Shown here piece after piece: positions 61,157 to 64,000 of a stretch of DNA of 64,000 bases. The position numbers were made by a program, and so were the translations under genes. Where the stretch lies: assembly GCA_965178125.1 (NCBI GenBank), contig OZ237744.1, positions 1,178,001 through 1,242,000 of the forward strand, written 5' to 3'. Under the pieces are notes generated by a model that saw only the letters and a program-made list of their open reading frames with translations, did not search any database and was not told the DNA's origin. Every line of letters starts with the position of its first letter. The first letter of the stretch is position 1. The DNA is from Bilabrum cf. latius (taxonomy: Eukaryota).

Positions 61157-64000
61157 ATGTCGCTGTCGCTTGATGATTTACTTGGCTTTCAGTTCGATAT
61201 TGATTCAGAGTCAGAGGCAGACCGCGCCAAAAAATTTCGGAAGGTAAGCTAGGAAACCTAAGTGCGCACATACCAGTCCTGTCTGCGTGTCGCGCACCAA
61301 TTCATCGCGAGATTTCAACCGCTGATGCCCGCGCTCGCAGACTGACGAGGAGCTCGCCCAGCTCACGGTGGATGCCACGCTCCCGCCGGGCGATCGAGCT
61401 GCATGTATTTTGCGCAAGGGCTAGCTTGTGCAGCAAGAAATCGTCCTGAACCAGCTGGCGTACTCGGTTGGTGCCGGCGATGTTTGGAAGTCGTCCGGGT
61501 TGCGCCCGCTGGCCCAGTCGCTGCAGGCAGTCGTGCTCTCTGACGACCTGGGTGATGAGGCAAGGCTATTAGCTACGCTGGCGCTAGCCCGCGTGGCGCA
61601 GGCCATGCCCCTGGACAACCACTCGGCGGGTGGCCGCAGCTACCGTTCTGACGCCGAGCGCGCTCTGCTCCCGGCCTGCGCGCGAGTGGTGCAGCACGCC
61701 TCTGGCCTGGACCCCTCCTCGCCCGAGAGGGAGATCCTTCTAGACGCTGCCACGGAAGCACTCGCCCAGACCGCGAGCAGGTGCTCGCTCCCTGCCGCCC
61801 GCCGGTCCGCCCTCACCCTCGCCCGGGACTGGGGCCGGAGGGACCGCACGAGGGAGGACCGGCAGAGGAGCTGCGTGCTGATCGGGGCTCTGGCCGCCTG
61901 TGCCGAGGCGGACGGGGCCTTCTGTCGCGACACGCTGCTGGCGCTGCTGCTGCCCATGTGTCAGGACACGTCAGGACACGTAAGGGAGAGGGCGGCCCAC
62001 CAGCTGCCTCTCCTGGCCCTGCGGATGGAGCCCAAGGACGTGAGGAGCAAGCTGGCGCCAGAGGTGGTGGAGCTGCTCGCAGACGAAGAGCCCGCCGTGA
62101 TCGTGGCGGCCATGCGGGCTAGCCTGGTTCTCGCCCCCATGCTGCCCCCCGGGGACAGGCGCACCCGGCTGCTGCCCGCGCTCTGCCTCCTGCTTGACGC
62201 CGCGAGGGTGCCCACCCGGGTGGTGGCCCAGCCCGCCTCCCCCGCGGCGACCAGTCTGTTCGCCTCCCCAGCCGGCGCGCGGGAGGCGAAGAGGGACCGG
62301 CTGAGGGCGAGGTCGCAGGGCATGGGCGGCGGGGCGGGGAGCGGCAGCGGCGGCGGCGGTGGGGCCGGTAAGGGGAGCAGCGGGGGCGCGGGAGGGTCCG
62401 GCGGGGGCTCGTCCAAGAGCAGCGGCGGTGGGGCGGGGGGAGATAAAGGGGGGAAAGGGGGTGGGGGGGCTCCCGTGGGTGTGACTGCCGGGGGATCCCA
62501 GATCTAGGTCCTACCTCCCGCGCTGGGCTCCCCCGAGGCCGCCGCGGTGTGGTCTGCCTCTGCCTCTGGATCGGCGACGAGTAGCTGGGGGGCCTCTGCG
62601 CCGGACCCTGCGGACTACGCTGATGTGTCTGCCGGGGAGCCAGCGCTGGATGGTGGCAAGCGTGACCTGCTGCGGAACTGCCTGGCGCTGGAGTGCCCTC
62701 GCCTGCTGCGGCTCTTTCACGCCCTGGGCGACCTGCAGGACCACGACCTGGGGGAGAGGGAGGGGGGTGATGGAGGAGATGCAGATGGAGAGGGGCCAGG
62801 GAACAAGGTGAAGCGGGCCGCGGGTCAGAGACGCAGCAGCAGCGCGCACGATTCGCTTTCGGAAGCGGCGCGTCGGGCGAGGGAAGAGGTCGGGGAGGAG
62901 GACGCGGACCAGCAGGTGGTGGGGCTGGCCATGGGCGGCTCCGCATCCCCTTCCCCGACGGCCGACATGATGATGATCGGCAGGGCTGTCGGTGCACCCT
63001 CCACGCCCCCGCCTCGACTCGCGGTGTCAACAGCGGTGGATGCAACCGTGCCAGCGTTCGCGTCACCCGCGGTACCCACCCCTGCGGGCATGATGGTGGC
63101 GCTGCTGCAGAGCCCAGAGGCCGGTGGGGCGGGGGCAGGGAGCGGCAGGCAAGTAGGAGCATCATCGCTGCCACCCTCCGCAAGCACCACTGCCCCCACA
63201 AGCGTCCCTTCCCAGTCGTCCTCCAGAGGGCCCAGCGGACTCAGCTTCAGGTCCCTGCTGGGCTTCTACATGTCTCTGACCAGGCATCCCGCCCGCAGGA
63301 TACGTGCCCTCTGCGCATGGGCGCTCCCTGCCTTCGCGGAGACCATGCGAAACAGCAGGCGGCTGGTGCCCCTCGTGCAGTCGGTGGTGCAGCGGCTGGG
63401 CTTCGACCAGGACCCCAGCGTCAGGGCAGCGGCGCTGCAGGCCATCGTGCCCGTGCTGGCGCATATCGGGGGCACTGCGGGCGCGGCCTCGCTGCAGTCT
63501 CCCCTCGCCATGGCACTGACAGACGATGCGCACGTCGTGCTCAACACGGCACTGGATTCGGTACACCTGTGGCTCCCCGCCATTGTTCCCCCGCTACCAG
63601 GGGGACCCGCGGCGCAGCTGCTGCCGGGGCACTGGCACGGGGCCCGGGAGGGCCTGCTGCACCCGCTGCTGTCTCTCCTCGGGGAACACATGCACCGCAG
63701 CAGGGTCGTGCTCAGCTGGAGGAGGCAGCTGCGCGTGCTGGTGGCGCTCAGGCACGTGGCATGCCTGCACCCCTCCCCGGACGTGCACGCGCTACTGCTG
63801 GCCCTCCTGGACAGGGGCCTCTCGGTGGCCGCCACGGCCGGGCTGCAGGCCAGGGCAGCGCACACGCTCGTGTGGATGGCCCGATTTGCCCCCTGCGGGC
63901 AGCTGCGGGCCGGCTTGGAGCAGACGATCCACCACCTGGTTGTTCTTTCGGAGGAGCCTCGGCTCAGGGCGCTGCTGGGTGAGATGGCTGGAGCCGCGTG
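61157..64000 (+). CDS. PPP4R4: HEAT-repeat protein phosphatase 4 regulatory subunit 4-like (3' end runs off the window)
   Basis: Exons 61157-61243 and 61341->64000. K|TDEELAQLTVDATL..DRAACILRKG*LVQ resembles the PPP4R4 N-terminus as I recall it. HEAT motifs LPMCQDTSGHVRE and VELLADEEPAV. TAG at 61422 and 62505. Confidence 0.8.

Noticed and set aside
1-64000. Mass pseudogenisation or sequencing error as the cause of the internal stops
   Set aside because: Every interruption found is TAG, there are no frameshifts, essential genes are affected, and the sites match Gln.
1-64000. TAG as pyrrolysine or leucine, or programmed readthrough
   Set aside because: TAG is too frequent (up to about 17 per gene, including a tandem pair) and its contexts are Gln-like. 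No pyl genes or readthrough motifs were seen.

Overview
This is gene-dense, GC-rich eukaryotic nuclear DNA with GT-AG introns of about 86-460 nt. It probably comes from a flagellated protist, since IFT54 is present. The main result is a non-standard genetic code: TAG is a sense codon for glutamine, while TGA (most genes) and apparently TAA (two genes) still terminate. The supplied ORF track is therefore fragmented. Reading TAG as Gln and splicing the introns gives about 26 coherent genes with roughly 90 in-frame TAGs by manual count; I saw no in-frame TAA. TAG sits at conserved Gln positions in ETF-beta, ACAD8 and PPP4R4, interrupts poly-Q and (SQ)n runs, and must be read through to reach the peroxisomal AKL signal of DECR2. 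Recognisable genes are two tandem pectin-acetylesterase/Notum-family copies, an RWD-ZnF-BAG-like protein, a CPA2 antiporter with ACT-like domains, Arc1p/AIMP1-like, a TylF methyltransferase, LEA-like, a USP, PGK, IFT54 with a duplicated CH-like domain, APC10, DECR2, ETFB, RTRAF, an FLVCR-type MFS transporter, OTU1, ACAD8, an ankyrin protein, LPCAT-like and PPP4R4-like. There are also several hypothetical proteins and two adjacent satellite arrays (78 bp and 148 bp). All gene models were translated by hand, and family assignments come from remembered motifs, not database searches.
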